This document shows positions 28,960-40,462 of a stretch of 64,000 nucleotides of DNA, piece after piece. Made by a program: the position numbers and the translations under genes. Source of the stretch: Tubiluchus corallicola (lineage: Eukaryota; Animalia; Priapulida); assembly GCA_030141605.1 (NCBI GenBank), contig JAQGDQ010000032.1, positions 62,001 through 126,000 of the forward strand, written 5' to 3'. The notes beneath the pieces are model-generated. The model did not search any database. It was not told where the DNA came from and saw only the letters and a program-made list of their open reading frames with translations. Every line of letters begins with the position of its first letter. Positions within the stretch are counted from its first letter, which is position 1.

Positions 28960-30155
28960 GCGCGGCTCTACCCCACCTGGCATGCGCGATGATTATTGAT
29001 TAGTGACCCGCTATCTGATTGGTTGCTCTCTGTACTGCTGACCGTGCATCGCGTCATGCTAGGGCGCAGCTTCGCTACCCTCGTATTGACGTGTTAACCC
29101 TACACTATCGCTATCCAATCGCATTTCTCGCTATCTGCCCCTTTACCGTGCACTTTCCTCTTAATGTGTTTGTAATTATAATATTATCAATTAAAGGATT
29201 TGCAAGCTTGGTTGTCTAAATTTGCATATGTGTATTGAAAACGCTTATTACAATGGTCGCCTGTTCAATTCGAATCGAATGACATAGGCCTATGACTTAC
29301 TGTGGAATTTCTCTTGACTTTCTAATCGGGGTAAGAAGACATTGCAGTGATGAAAGTGTTAAACGGGAAAGGCGTGAAAGCTCACGCTCGTCACATCACA
29401 ACACTCAGAGGCCGTGACCAATAGGCTTTAATTATCTCGGGCGAATATGTTGGCTGATCCGCTGTCAGACTGGGATGACGTTGTCATGACAACGCTGTCA
29501 GTCTCCCGTGGTCGTGTCAAGAGTTCGTGCGATATGGAAAGCTAGGTGGGCAAGTCAAAGCCACGCACCTCCCGCGTATCATCCGTGCTGTCAAGAGTCT
29601 AGAGCTGTTCACCCCACGTGTAGCGTTATTATCCTGATTGCTCCAGTTCGTTAAGGGTTCGAAACCTCGGCGGTGAGACAAACCCAAACAGAAGTCGATT
29701 ACGTAATTCATTGGACGATTCGATTTCAATTCAATTAGCTGAGATCATTTAATCAAATTTGCCAGTACAACAAGGGAAAGTGAAGCGGTAAAGGCAACGG
29801 TAATGCGGGGACAAAATTCCACGTTTCTGCTGGCGTGTGCACTGGACTGAACGAGAGGCTGAAAACTCAATTCTCTAACATTGTTCCGCACGGCGCTCAG
29901 GCTTGCAAGTTTAGCGTGCTGTGAATTATTGCTTTCACTTCTATTCACATTTAACGCAAGGGTTATACCTGGTCACGCCCGCTTGTTTGCATCCCGGGTC
30001 AGCTGTGTCGACACGGGATCGGCGATGGTTTGGTTGATGTCGTTGCTGTTGTTGTGATCTGAGTGCTTGTGTCTTAACTAACCGCAATCATTCAGTGCCA
30101 AATACAATCAAGCGCCGCCTGTAGCTACCCGTTGCCGGGATTTCAGACGGGCATC
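28960..30155 (+). promoter_or_regulatory. Putative COUP-TF promoter / 5' UTR region
   Basis: GC and CpG content rises visibly just upstream of the ATG. There are several CCAAT/ATTGG boxes (~29018, 29115, 29419, 29710), the palindrome cgttgtcatgacaacg at 29479-29494 and multiple TGTCA motifs. The TSS cannot be determined from sequence. Confidence 0.6.
30025..30057 (+). other. Candidate upstream ORF (MVWLMSLLLL*)
   Basis: gcgATGg has strong Kozak context. The 10 codons end in TGA 98 nt before the main ATG. It is only relevant if the TSS lies upstream. Confidence 0.4.
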
Positions 30156-30591
30156 ATGGCTATGACGGTGAGCCCGGCTCTCAATCCGGGCTGGAGGGAC
30201 CCGACGCAACCCACTATGGTCCCGTACAACAGTTCTACCCCACCGGCGGCCCTGCCGAGCGTCCCGGCGCCGCCAACGCCTAGTCAGACGCAGGAACCGG
30301 ACTTAAAACTTGATTTGACATCCAATTCTACAACTAGCAGCGTCCAGTCGACACAGTCGTCTGAGAAAACATCTCAAATCGAATGTGTCGTCTGCGGAGA
30401 CAAGAGCAGTGGGAAACATTATGGACAATTTACTTGTGAAGGTTGTAAGTCATTCTTCAAGAGAAGCGTCAGGAGGAACTTAACGTACACTTGTAGAGGC
30501 AACAGATCATGTCCTATAGATCAACATCATCGAAATCAATGCCAGTATTGTCGATTGAAGAAATGTATCAAAGTCGGTATGAGACGAGAAG
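30156..30591 (+). CDS. COUP-TF: COUP-TF / seven-up (NR2F) nuclear receptor, coding exon 1 (A/B region and C4 zinc-finger DNA-binding domain)
   Basis: ATG at 30156 in strong context (atcATGg). The N-terminus MAMTVS..WRDP resembles vertebrate NR2F MAMVVS.WRDP. The DBD reads [69 protein letters not shown], with P-box CEGCKS. Donor G|gtgaga follows 30591 (phase 1). Confidence 0.97.
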
Positions 30592-33500
30592 GTGAGAATA
30601 CAAGTTTTCAGTAACTTCAGATTTAACTACTTTATGCTAACGAGTTTAGTTTGTGTGCTGCGATACGCCGCTTGCAAACAACTATAATGTGTTTTGTAAA
30701 CATGAGAAATGTAGTAAAAAATACGGTTATTTCCCAAAATGGATCTCGAACAATTTATCTCAGAATTTAGGCTTAGGCACAGAAATTGAAGACAAATATG
30801 TGCAACCTTATTATCAGTTGTTTAGAAGATAACTTTAAATTTTAAAATAAGTTTAATGAAGTGACAAAATTTGAGACTCATCTTAGCCTTAGTGTTTTCT
30901 GTTGTATCTATATAGTTAGAGTAACTAACAGCCTTATATACTCTGGCTGAAGGCGTTTCATCATAGACAGTTTATTGCGGATATTAATAGGCCAAAATAA
31001 TAAATTTCGAATATAATGTGAACATAATTAACTTATGTATCTTATGGTATGTTAAATTTAGTTTTATCATTAAGATACATTATCTCAAGGCTCTGCGCAT
31101 TTGCCTGCTTAAAAGCAAATTATGCAACCTGCCGTAGTTTAATAAATTGATAATCATCAAATTCGATTTTAAAACAAATACTAAAACAGTTCTTTTGTGC
31201 AATGAAAGTGAAATGCACCAGCTAAACGCTCGGTATTAAGCAAGGTATATCTTTCAGCGATGGCCTAGAAATTACAGAAAAATTCACCCAATTTTGTTGA
31301 CATAGAGTCTAGTATATAGGTCATCCACTTGCACTTAATTTGTCCTTTCTCTGTGCTGCAAGTGATGCACACTATACTGTTAGGTTATTACGTACAATCC
31401 TATTGTTAGCTGTTATCTTTTCCACTGAATACAGGTCACGAAATTGTCTAAAAATCTAGGCCAGTAGTGTGTGCATGCATGTCGCTAAAATTCACAATCA
31501 TAGTGTAGCTTTCACTATGACCTGTCTTAAGAGACATTATGGATAAACTGATGATGAGTGATGGGTATATGAGAAGTCTAGCGTAGCCGTAGGGTTATAA
31601 TAATTTATCGTAGTTGGGTTTGTTCGAGCGAATTGAGGTTCATAACTACTTAAATTTTGTTAAGTTCTTTCGATTTTATAACTGACAGACCTTCAGGCTA
31701 CATATGATACAAGTTATTGCTCTAATTGACATTTCAAATGCGTTTATTATCTGTCTGATTTAGAAAAGCAGAATCACTTTTATCTTTCTATCGTTTGGGG
31801 CTGCATATTTTAACTTTTACGACATTTCATGAGTAGAGTCATATAGTATAATGTAGAGAAATAACTTAACTTGTCAGTTTATTTGATTCAACTCTGTAAT
31901 TTTCCAGGTTATTTGACCTCATTAGCTTTCGTTTCGTTTGCCAGTATTTATGTTAAAAGTTATTGGACAACGATTATTTGCTATCAAACAGCTTACTAAA
32001 TAACGGCAGTTTGGTTTTTAAAAAATTGCCTGTATTATTAAGGAGCCAGATTACTGCCCGGTTAATCGACAATTTTGTTTTACAATACAGTGAAAATGCT
32101 TCGTACATCCCATATTTATTTATTCTGAGATGATTTTGGCCTCATCTATTTTGTGATCATTTATCTATTCTTATGCTGACCCCGCTGTTACACGTTTATT
32201 ACACGTTTAAATAATAATGAACAATTAATTTATCGGCAGGCTAATTACTGCGTACAAACTTTAGGTCTAGTAAAATGTTTCCCCGTAAATGCATGATAAG
32301 ATATTATAAATTCATGCCTATTTAGAAAATTAGGTCAGCGTACATGAAAAAAATCAATCATTACGTAACGTGAATAAACTCTGAAGTTAATACACACACA
32401 CACACATATATAATAAACTGAAACTACCAACAGGAAATAACAAGCAAAATGCATTTTGTCAAAACTTTTTTCTTATGTTAGCCTTCATATTTATAACATA
32501 ATAAAAGCTTCATTATAAACAGCAGACTTACGAATTATGACTGCTTTATGACTTACAAATTACAGAAGAGTTTTCTAATGCATAAATTACCATTTAAAAT
32601 ATGAACTGTGTGTACTTCCACAAAAACTTTGCGGCAGTCAATCAATCAAAGTTCGGCTTCGGTTATTTAAAGAGCGGAGAACTTTTTTAAACTGCTAGCG
32701 ACACACTGAGGATAAAAAGAGAAAGTATTGAAATTTAATATTGCTTCCTTAATACGCCTTTGTTACGGTACAGTCTGAAGTCTTTATTGCCTTTTAACCC
32801 TTGCTGAAAAAGCAAGATATATGGAGTTTCCTTTCAGTTGGCCGTTGTTGTCGTCTATTACTGCTGTTGTACGCTTTTCCAAGTAATACTATTAGAAATA
32901 TTTTAATATTAATCAGATGAACAGGTTTAATAATTTTTTATCCTGAAAAACAATAATCCTGCATGAACATTAAAAATTTTAGAATGATTTTTAAAGTCAC
33001 GTCCACCTCACATATTCTATCTCCATTTTCTATACTGACATCCATGTTGAGCATGTACATGTATCATGTATGCTTAAACTATACAAACGATTTTAGTGCA
33101 GACGCGACACGTCAAATTGTTATATTGCTTTGATTTATTCTGACTAGACCTGTGTGCTATAGCAAAAATAAACAGTTTATATAGAATAGGTGGGTTAGGG
33201 GCTCTAAAATTTGCATTGTAATATGATTTTAAACTCAATATCAATATCACTATTTCTGTACTGTAGGCAGATGATGAAGGCATGGTATCTAATTAAAGTG
33301 CAAACACGTGTGTCACGCCGATGTAGCAGAGTTTATCAAAAACAAATAAAATTGAACTGACTGTGTAATAACCTGCATGTTTATGTGATGTTTGTCGAAT
33401 GCAGTAGTTAAATACGTAACAAATAAAACATTTTGTAATAATACGCAATTTTTTCGCAATTTGTAACACGTAATAGCCTGATTAAAATATCGTGTTTAAT

Positions 33501-35111
33501 CATGAGAAAGTTTTATAAAAATTCTCTGCAAAATGTGTGCATCTGGGTTGCAAATATGCAGTTGTTTTCTGTATTTTAATTTTTTGATTATAATTAATTA
33601 TTTTAGGTGCGGCAAATGTGAAATTATGACTAGCAAATTGAGTGGCATGAATGTAAAAATATTTAAAAAATGCAGCAAATAATTGCGATTATAGATTTTG
33701 TGCTCATTCATTTAAAATGTTTTTCATTCAAAGGCTGGAAATGTTTAAATATTATTAACACTAGCCGTATGTTAGCTGGTTGAATATCAACGTTTTTCAC
33801 AAATAATAGTCAACAATTTTGATGCGTCTGCAGATAAAATCTGATGTTTACCATATCGCCAAACGATATTTACAAAACCTAACCCTAAAACTGGATTTTT
33901 CGTCAGTTATTATCAAGCGTTTATGCATACTTGTTGTTACCTTTGTCAGGTTTGAAAATTCCCAGGCTATAAAATAGGGATGAAACAATATTGTCTGTTG
34001 ATCGCTATTTTTTAGTGGTAACACAGTCTAATAACGATAAGTTTCCTTTAAATTCCTGAAAATCAGTTTTGTGAATTTGTGTGAATTTTGAGAACTAATA
34101 ATATTAGCTGTTGCTGGAAGTTTTAAATTTGCATCATCACAGTAATTACTTATAATTTGAATTGACAACGAGTCTATCGTTAATAACTGCGAATATTTAT
34201 GTTGTTAAAAAACTATTGGAATGAGCTTATTCATGAATGTAGCAAAAAACCGGCGCAGTAATAAATTTTGAGAAACGCGGTGTATAAATCTATTAATTTT
34301 TTCTTGCGGGCGTGGTTGCACATAATTTTCATTAAGCTTTGCTAAGGTGTAGTAAGTAAAGCGTTGGCAGCTGCTGCTCATAGCAAACTGCACAGCACAG
34401 CACAGGTTACTGCTGATTTAGAGATTGCATACAGTTACATTACGGGTTGCACCAAGAAAAACCTGAAATACAAGAAAGGGTACTTGACATGCATATATAC
34501 TCTTATGTGTGTTTATATATATATTTACAGTTTTAAAAACGTCGTACAACCGATAATTTTTCAAGTAAATTACGAGTGCCAGTAATTTACAACCGAGTGA
34601 ATTGATCATAATTAGTTAATATTGAATTTTACGAACCAAATTATTGTTGCCTTGCCTACTGTGGTATTGCAAAGCGTTTATTTAATTCTAGAATATTTGA
34701 TCTGGTTTTGGTATGTGTCTTTTCACGTTTTTTAAAACCTTGAGCCTATTCTAACTTGGTAAAAAATTTAATTTCATTATTTGCAATTTGACGTTAGTAT
34801 CTTTGCCAGTACAGGAAATTGTATGGGTACTTCACTGTGCAGAAATAGTATTTAATTATCCTAGTGTTTTTACTTAAACTATATAACTAGCAAGCGTGCC
34901 ACTTTTTTATATTTCCCAATAAATAGTCAATTTCAAACAAACGCTTTAAAATAAGAAAAATAACGAGTATTAGCAAATTATTGTATTGAGTATTATAAGA
35001 ATTTGTGAAAAAGTCTTTACTCTGCCAGAGCTGAGCCTACTACTCTTCCAACAGTGTGACTGCACTGAACACCACAGGGCATGAAATTAAGTAAAGCAAA
35101 GCAAAACATTA

Positions 35112-35430
35112 CTATTTTAATTTTTTTAGTACAGGCACTTAAAAACATTTATAGTTAAAACAACACAGCTTTATTAAAACTTATACTTTACACAGTTAAA
35201 ATCATACCAAACGTTTCGAAAGACTACTGTGTCATCAGCTATTTTAATTTTTTTAGTACAGGCACTTAAAACATTTATAGTTAAAACAACACAGCTTTAT
35301 TAAAACTTATACTTTACACAGTTAAAATCATACCAAACGTTTCGACAGACTACTGTGTCTGTCAAAACGTTTGGCATTATTTTAGCTATGTAAAGTGTAA
35401 GTTTTGATAAATTTGTGCTGTTTTAACTAT
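35112..35430 (-). mobile_element. Tandem ~127-bp duplication plus a 74-bp-arm hairpin carrying a degenerate minimal hammerhead motif (Penelope-like pLTR remnant) in intron 1
   Basis: Copies 35112-35233 and 35239-35359 are nearly identical. Inverted arms 35277-35350 and 35357-35430 match at 64/74 positions with a 6-nt loop. The minus strand reads CTGATGAcacagtagtctttcGAAACGTT (35238-35210), with AATAAA ~40 nt further on. Confidence 0.65.
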
Positions 35431-35533
35431 TATTGTAATTCTTGCGTACATGTCTGTTGTTGTCACCATGTTCAGGTCTATGACCACAACAGAATTTTAA
35501 TAATTTTAGCTCGGATCTCGTCGCTTTTTCCAG

Positions 35534-36052
35534 CGGTGCAGCGAGGGAGGATACCACCCACGCAGGGATTTCCGGGTCAACTTCTCAATGGCGACATGTT
35601 AAACGGGCACACGTACTTGAGCAGTTACATATCGTTACTTCTAAGGGCGGAACCCTACCCGACGTCCAGGTATGGTCAGTGCATGCAACCCAATGGTATC
35701 ATGGGAATTGACAACATTTGCGAGCTGGCCGCCAGGTTGCTTTTCAGCGCCGTGGAGTGGGCCAGGAACATTCCCTTTTTTCCAGATTTGCAGATAACTG
35801 ATCAGGTGGCGCTGTTGCGGTTGGTGTGGAGTGAACTATTCGTACTGAATGCATCCCAGTGCTCAATGCCTCTCCACGTGGCGCCTCTACTGGCTGGTGC
35901 GGGTCTCCATACGTCGCCCATGGCAGCGGACCGGATCGTTGCCTTCATGGACCATATCCGGATTTTCCAGGAGCAAGTGGAGAAATTGAAGGCTTTACAT
36001 GTGGACTCAGCTGAGTACAGTTGTCTCAAAGCAGTCGTTCTTTTTACTACAG
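35534..36052 (+). CDS. COUP-TF: COUP-TF coding exon 2 (CTE/hinge and most of the ligand-binding domain)
   Basis: Acceptor ctttttccag|CG; 519 nt, phase 1-1. Encodes [11 protein letters not shown]...[21 protein letters not shown]...[53 protein letters not shown]...LFTT. Donor G|gtacgt. Confidence 0.97.
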
Positions 36053-39000
36053 GTACGTCTTTTGTAAATTGTTGGAAAAATCCGTTTTAACTTTGAAATT
36101 AAGGAGTTAATTGCGGATGGTTTCAGCTTTGGACAAGGTTTGGGCAAAAAAGTCACTTATGCAGATTCGGGCATGCCCACAGATTTCGAAATTTTATTCG
36201 TACAGATTTGTACTATTTTTGCCGAAAAATTTGCAAACTTAAACTGTAAAACTTACAGTCACTTTGGCATTGATTTTCCGAATATGATAACGCTAATTGG
36301 TTTGCAAAAATCACGCGAATGACAACTATTCGAAATATGCGGTTTTTTCATCGACCAAAAATGCAGCAAGTAGATTTAATGGCGGGTCTCGCACGTACGG
36401 AGACACTCATTTGTGGAGAGTTAGTATCTTATCACGGAAGTTGGATTATAGATATTTGATATGAATTTTTTTATTTATATAACTGATTAGTTTTTGCTGT
36501 AGAACGGAAACACGTAAAACTATATAATAACAGGGATATTCTATATTCTATTATAATAATTATAATCTTATCCTTATCGTTTATGCACGAGACGGACGAG
36601 CTTGTATGTAGAATGCTTTTGATAATGAATAACCCCGTACTGCTACAACCTTTCATGAGTTCCGTGATTGTGGACTGATTCGCTTTTTTCAGCAAACTAT
36701 CATCCCTGACTAATAGTCTTATTATTATACCTCTTCACGGCTGTTGCTTGGAAGCCTCAGATAGCGGTACATAATCAGTCAGAATATAAATCTCTCGTAA
36801 TCAAAATGAAAATAGAGCTGGGACGTCATAAATCTAACCGTTTTAGAACTTATTTTCCTCAAACGTCCTTTCATTTGTACTCTAACCTGCAGTGTCAAAG
36901 CATTATTTAAATTTAAACCAGGTTAGAATGGTGGTATAAATCCACTAAGCCTAACCATTAACAGTAAATCATTGCCGCGCAAAAGCCGTAATTCGCGTGA
37001 TCTGTTGATTTGCAACTCCCTGAATTTATGGAAATTTTTCGACTAAATCGTCGCTAATTTATTCAAATTCCGTCTGCCGGCTTGACGGTATCACCGTTCG
37101 TAATTGCCTCTTTTTCTTTCTTGTCACGATCAGAGAGCATTATATTTCACCTCTTCCGAAGCGTGAACATTTTTAATGTGAGCGTTGTGTTTTAGGCGAT
37201 TATAGAAAGGATTATTAGTGCAGGGCAGACAACGGGAATTATGTACCGTCAATTTTTAATTTAATTCAGGCTTGCTTATTTGCAAAACCCAGGCAGCACT
37301 TGAATAATGTAATTATACAGTAGCGGTACTCCAAAAAATAAAAAGTAGATGGCTAAAACATACGGATGTAAAAACGCGACCGAGCAAAATGACAATAAAA
37401 ATAATGAGCTGGTGAAACGTTTCATGGATTACACGAACCCTCCCCTTTTAAGCCTCGACTCAGTTCTCTTAACTTTATCCTTTTTTGAAACTGCGTTTTA
37501 TTTGTGTGCATCGTTTAAAGTAAAAACTATTTGACCCCGATTAGAATAACATCAGTTGATTTTCGCATTCTTCTAAATTCTAAGACAGGATTTGAATTTT
37601 TCGTTTTAGAATACTGTTACAAGCAAATTCATGAACACGAATAACGACAATCACACCATACGACGTGTAGCAGCAACTGTAGGAGCAACAACAACAACAA
37701 CAACACAACAATAACCGCAATCACAACCACAACGCTTCAATACATGGGGTGTTTCTTTTGGTTTGCTGGCTCTAAATATAGATGTACAACGATTAGTGGA
37801 AACTTTGTGATAATTTTTGGCTGAAATAACCATCTTTTGTTGAAGTTACCAAAGCTGTTCTTTCCAGATTGCTCCTGGAGCTTTGGAACGTTGCTTTTAT
37901 AACACATGTATCACTATGTGTTCCTAATCAGCTGTAGTCTTTACTTCCTTTGCTTTTTCTCTAACGCAAACTATTGAACTGGTGTCATTTATTTCCCCGT
38001 TTAATAGTCCGAGTGGCATTCCTTAAATAGGTTTTAACAGGCATTTCTTATTTGCACACCTTTACCCTTCCTCACGGCGCTCATTGTGGACTCATTTACA
38101 GTTGCGATGATGGTACCACTTGTTTAATTTTGATGGCAATAAGTGGTACATTAGTTTTTAAATTCTTTGAATTTTATACATGACTTTTTGAATAGGTGAT
38201 ATATTTTAACATCAAGTTCTTGCAATTGTTTTTGCTTCTCTGTGATCTTCTAATTTTTCTCTTCGTTTAGCTTGTTTAAATTGCATTATCTTTTTCGCTC
38301 ACTTTTTCTACTTTCTCAAATGTTTTTCATAATTTTTTTTCGCATTTCACATTTCTTTCCTGTTTCCTGGCCCTAATCATTTTTTGATTAAATTGATTTG
38401 TTTATACTCTTTTTTTAGAACGTTAAAACGTGCATAAATTTTTCAGGCATGACAACTATGACAAAAAGTGATGCGTTAAATCCCGCTTTTTTCATGCCCG
38501 ACTGCGACCATGATTTTTTATTTACAGCTATAAAAAGAAACATTCTTGTTGGGCCATCGGTTAGACAAATTTTTTCATGTTATTTCTCTACTTCTTAGCT
38601 ATTTTATTATTTTGCCTTGACTTTTGTTTTTCGCATTGATCATGATGATAATTTAACGTGATTTTCCCTGCTGTCTCCGTGGAGTTTGATCCATTTTGAA
38701 TCCGTGACTTGGACGTGCCCAACGGGTTAAAGTGTCGTGCGGGTTTCGCATGGTAATGGAATCGTAGAAAATGCGTAATGTCATTAGGCTATGTATGGCT
38801 TGGGAGGGTATTTGTATCCGAGTTAATAACATTCCCTAATAGGTGTCTAGCAATCTGCATTATTTTCTTGCCGCTGATGAATGGGACGTGACATTGAATG
38901 GCCACGTGATTCAGTGACGTCACGAGGCTTCATACTTTTTGGTCGCAACGATTCCAAGGCAAGTGTGTGTACACAGAAATGTGTACACGCTAGTATGAGA

Positions 39001-40175
39001 GCCCTTTCTCGCTTTTACATTGGTACTTTGCAAACTTTACGAAAATAAGAAAACAAGAAATATTAAATTAACTCTTTATGTTTTTATTTTACATTTATGG
39101 TAACTAACAACACTGAAGTTTTAACACTATAACTTTGCTGCCTGTTTTTTTGCTTCAATATTTTGTCACATTTTGCTGGGGTCTTTTCTGGATGAATTGC
39201 GGGTACTTTAGTTTCATGCTAAATTTTAGCAAAATAAACTGGTACAAGATTAGATCAGATCAAATTCATATCAAAGCCAGTAATAAAATTTTAAATTCTT
39301 CATACATAAAAGTAGCGGTAGCTAAAAGTAATAGACTACGCACTTGCATTTCCCTTCCTTGAGTCAGGTAGGGAAAGTTTGAAAGCAGGCAGTACTGCTT
39401 CTCGTTTCTAAATCTCTGGGGAGCGCAATTAACTCATTTGTAACATGCCAGAAATTGTCAGGAATCACACAATCGCTGCTAATTGATTTCGCCAAACAGT
39501 ATCATTAACGCTCAATCTCGAAGGTTACCTCTGAAAATTGCTTCTAATTATGTTTGGCGAACTTTTTGTTTTGTAGTCACTGAGTGTGATAGAGGCGTGT
39601 ACACACATGTATGCGGTTCGTACGGTTACGGCACCGGTTCAATCAACTTGTTGTAAACTGCACGCTTTGCGACCTTGACCTTTTAGCTTGACCTTTCTTT
39701 TAACCTTTAAACTAGAGAGACAAACTGGCAGCAGTTGTAGCTTATGAAAGATTCCTCAAACTTCTTTTCATTGTGTAATGTGTTAAAATTCAAGTTCAGA
39801 ACTTTCTTCCGGGCAAACGCCTTATGCAATACATGTACAGTTGTACATTATAAAATAATACAGTTAATGCTAGCTTTGATTAGTGGCAAAAGGTATGTCT
39901 AGTAACACTTGTTTGTACAATGACTTGTATTAGATATATTGTCATTATTGTCAACAGCGATCTCGTCGGCATCGTCTCCATCATAATCATCATCATCATC
40001 ATCCTCAGTGTCATCTCATTAAAAGTCATCATTAAAAAGTGTTTAGCATCTAGGCGTACCCAAGTTTGTAGCGGATTAGTAATCATAATAAAGAGATATG
40101 TTCGTGGTAATATTCGTGGTTCGTGGTAATATCAAAGGAGGTGTTTAAGTAAAATTTTTGCCACTTTGTTTTCAG

Positions 40176-40462
40176 ATGCGTGTGGTCTTTCTGATGCTAC
40201 CCACATTGAAGGACTTCAGGAAAAATCTCAGTGTGCCCTGGAGGAGTACTGCCGAACACAATACCCCAATCAACCCACTCGATTTGGCAAACTTCTCCTG
40301 CGTTTACCCTCCTTGCGGACAGTGAGCAGCTCCGTCATTGAACAACTTTTCTTCGTCCGTTTAGTGGGGAAAACACCTATTGAAACACTCATTCGGGATA
40401 TGTTACTTAGTGGTAGTTCTTTTAATTGGCCGTATGGCCTCCAAATACATGGTATCCAATAG
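40176..40462 (+). CDS. COUP-TF: COUP-TF coding exon 3 (LBD helices 9-12, AF-2)
   Basis: Acceptor tttgttttcag|AT. Encodes DACGLSD...[73 protein letters not shown]..., with TAG at 40460-40462. The spliced CDS is 436+519+287 = 1242 nt, or 413 aa. Confidence 0.97.

Noticed and set aside
30132-30155. TTG-initiated N-terminal extension in the ORF track
   Set aside because: This is a eukaryotic gene. The ATG at 30156 has strong context and matches the conserved MAM.VS start.
35112-35359. CRISPR-like repeat
   Set aside because: There are only two long tandem units without unique spacers, the context is eukaryotic, and no cas genes are present.
35404-35509. Open frame upstream of exon 2 (MINLCCFN...)
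   Set aside because: It is intronic, starts at TTG, overlaps the repeat hairpin and has no NR similarity.
36053-36090. Intron-2 read-through giving an AF-2-less protein ending [12 protein letters not shown]
   Set aside because: It is possible in principle, but the sequence gives no evidence beyond a short open frame after a good donor site.
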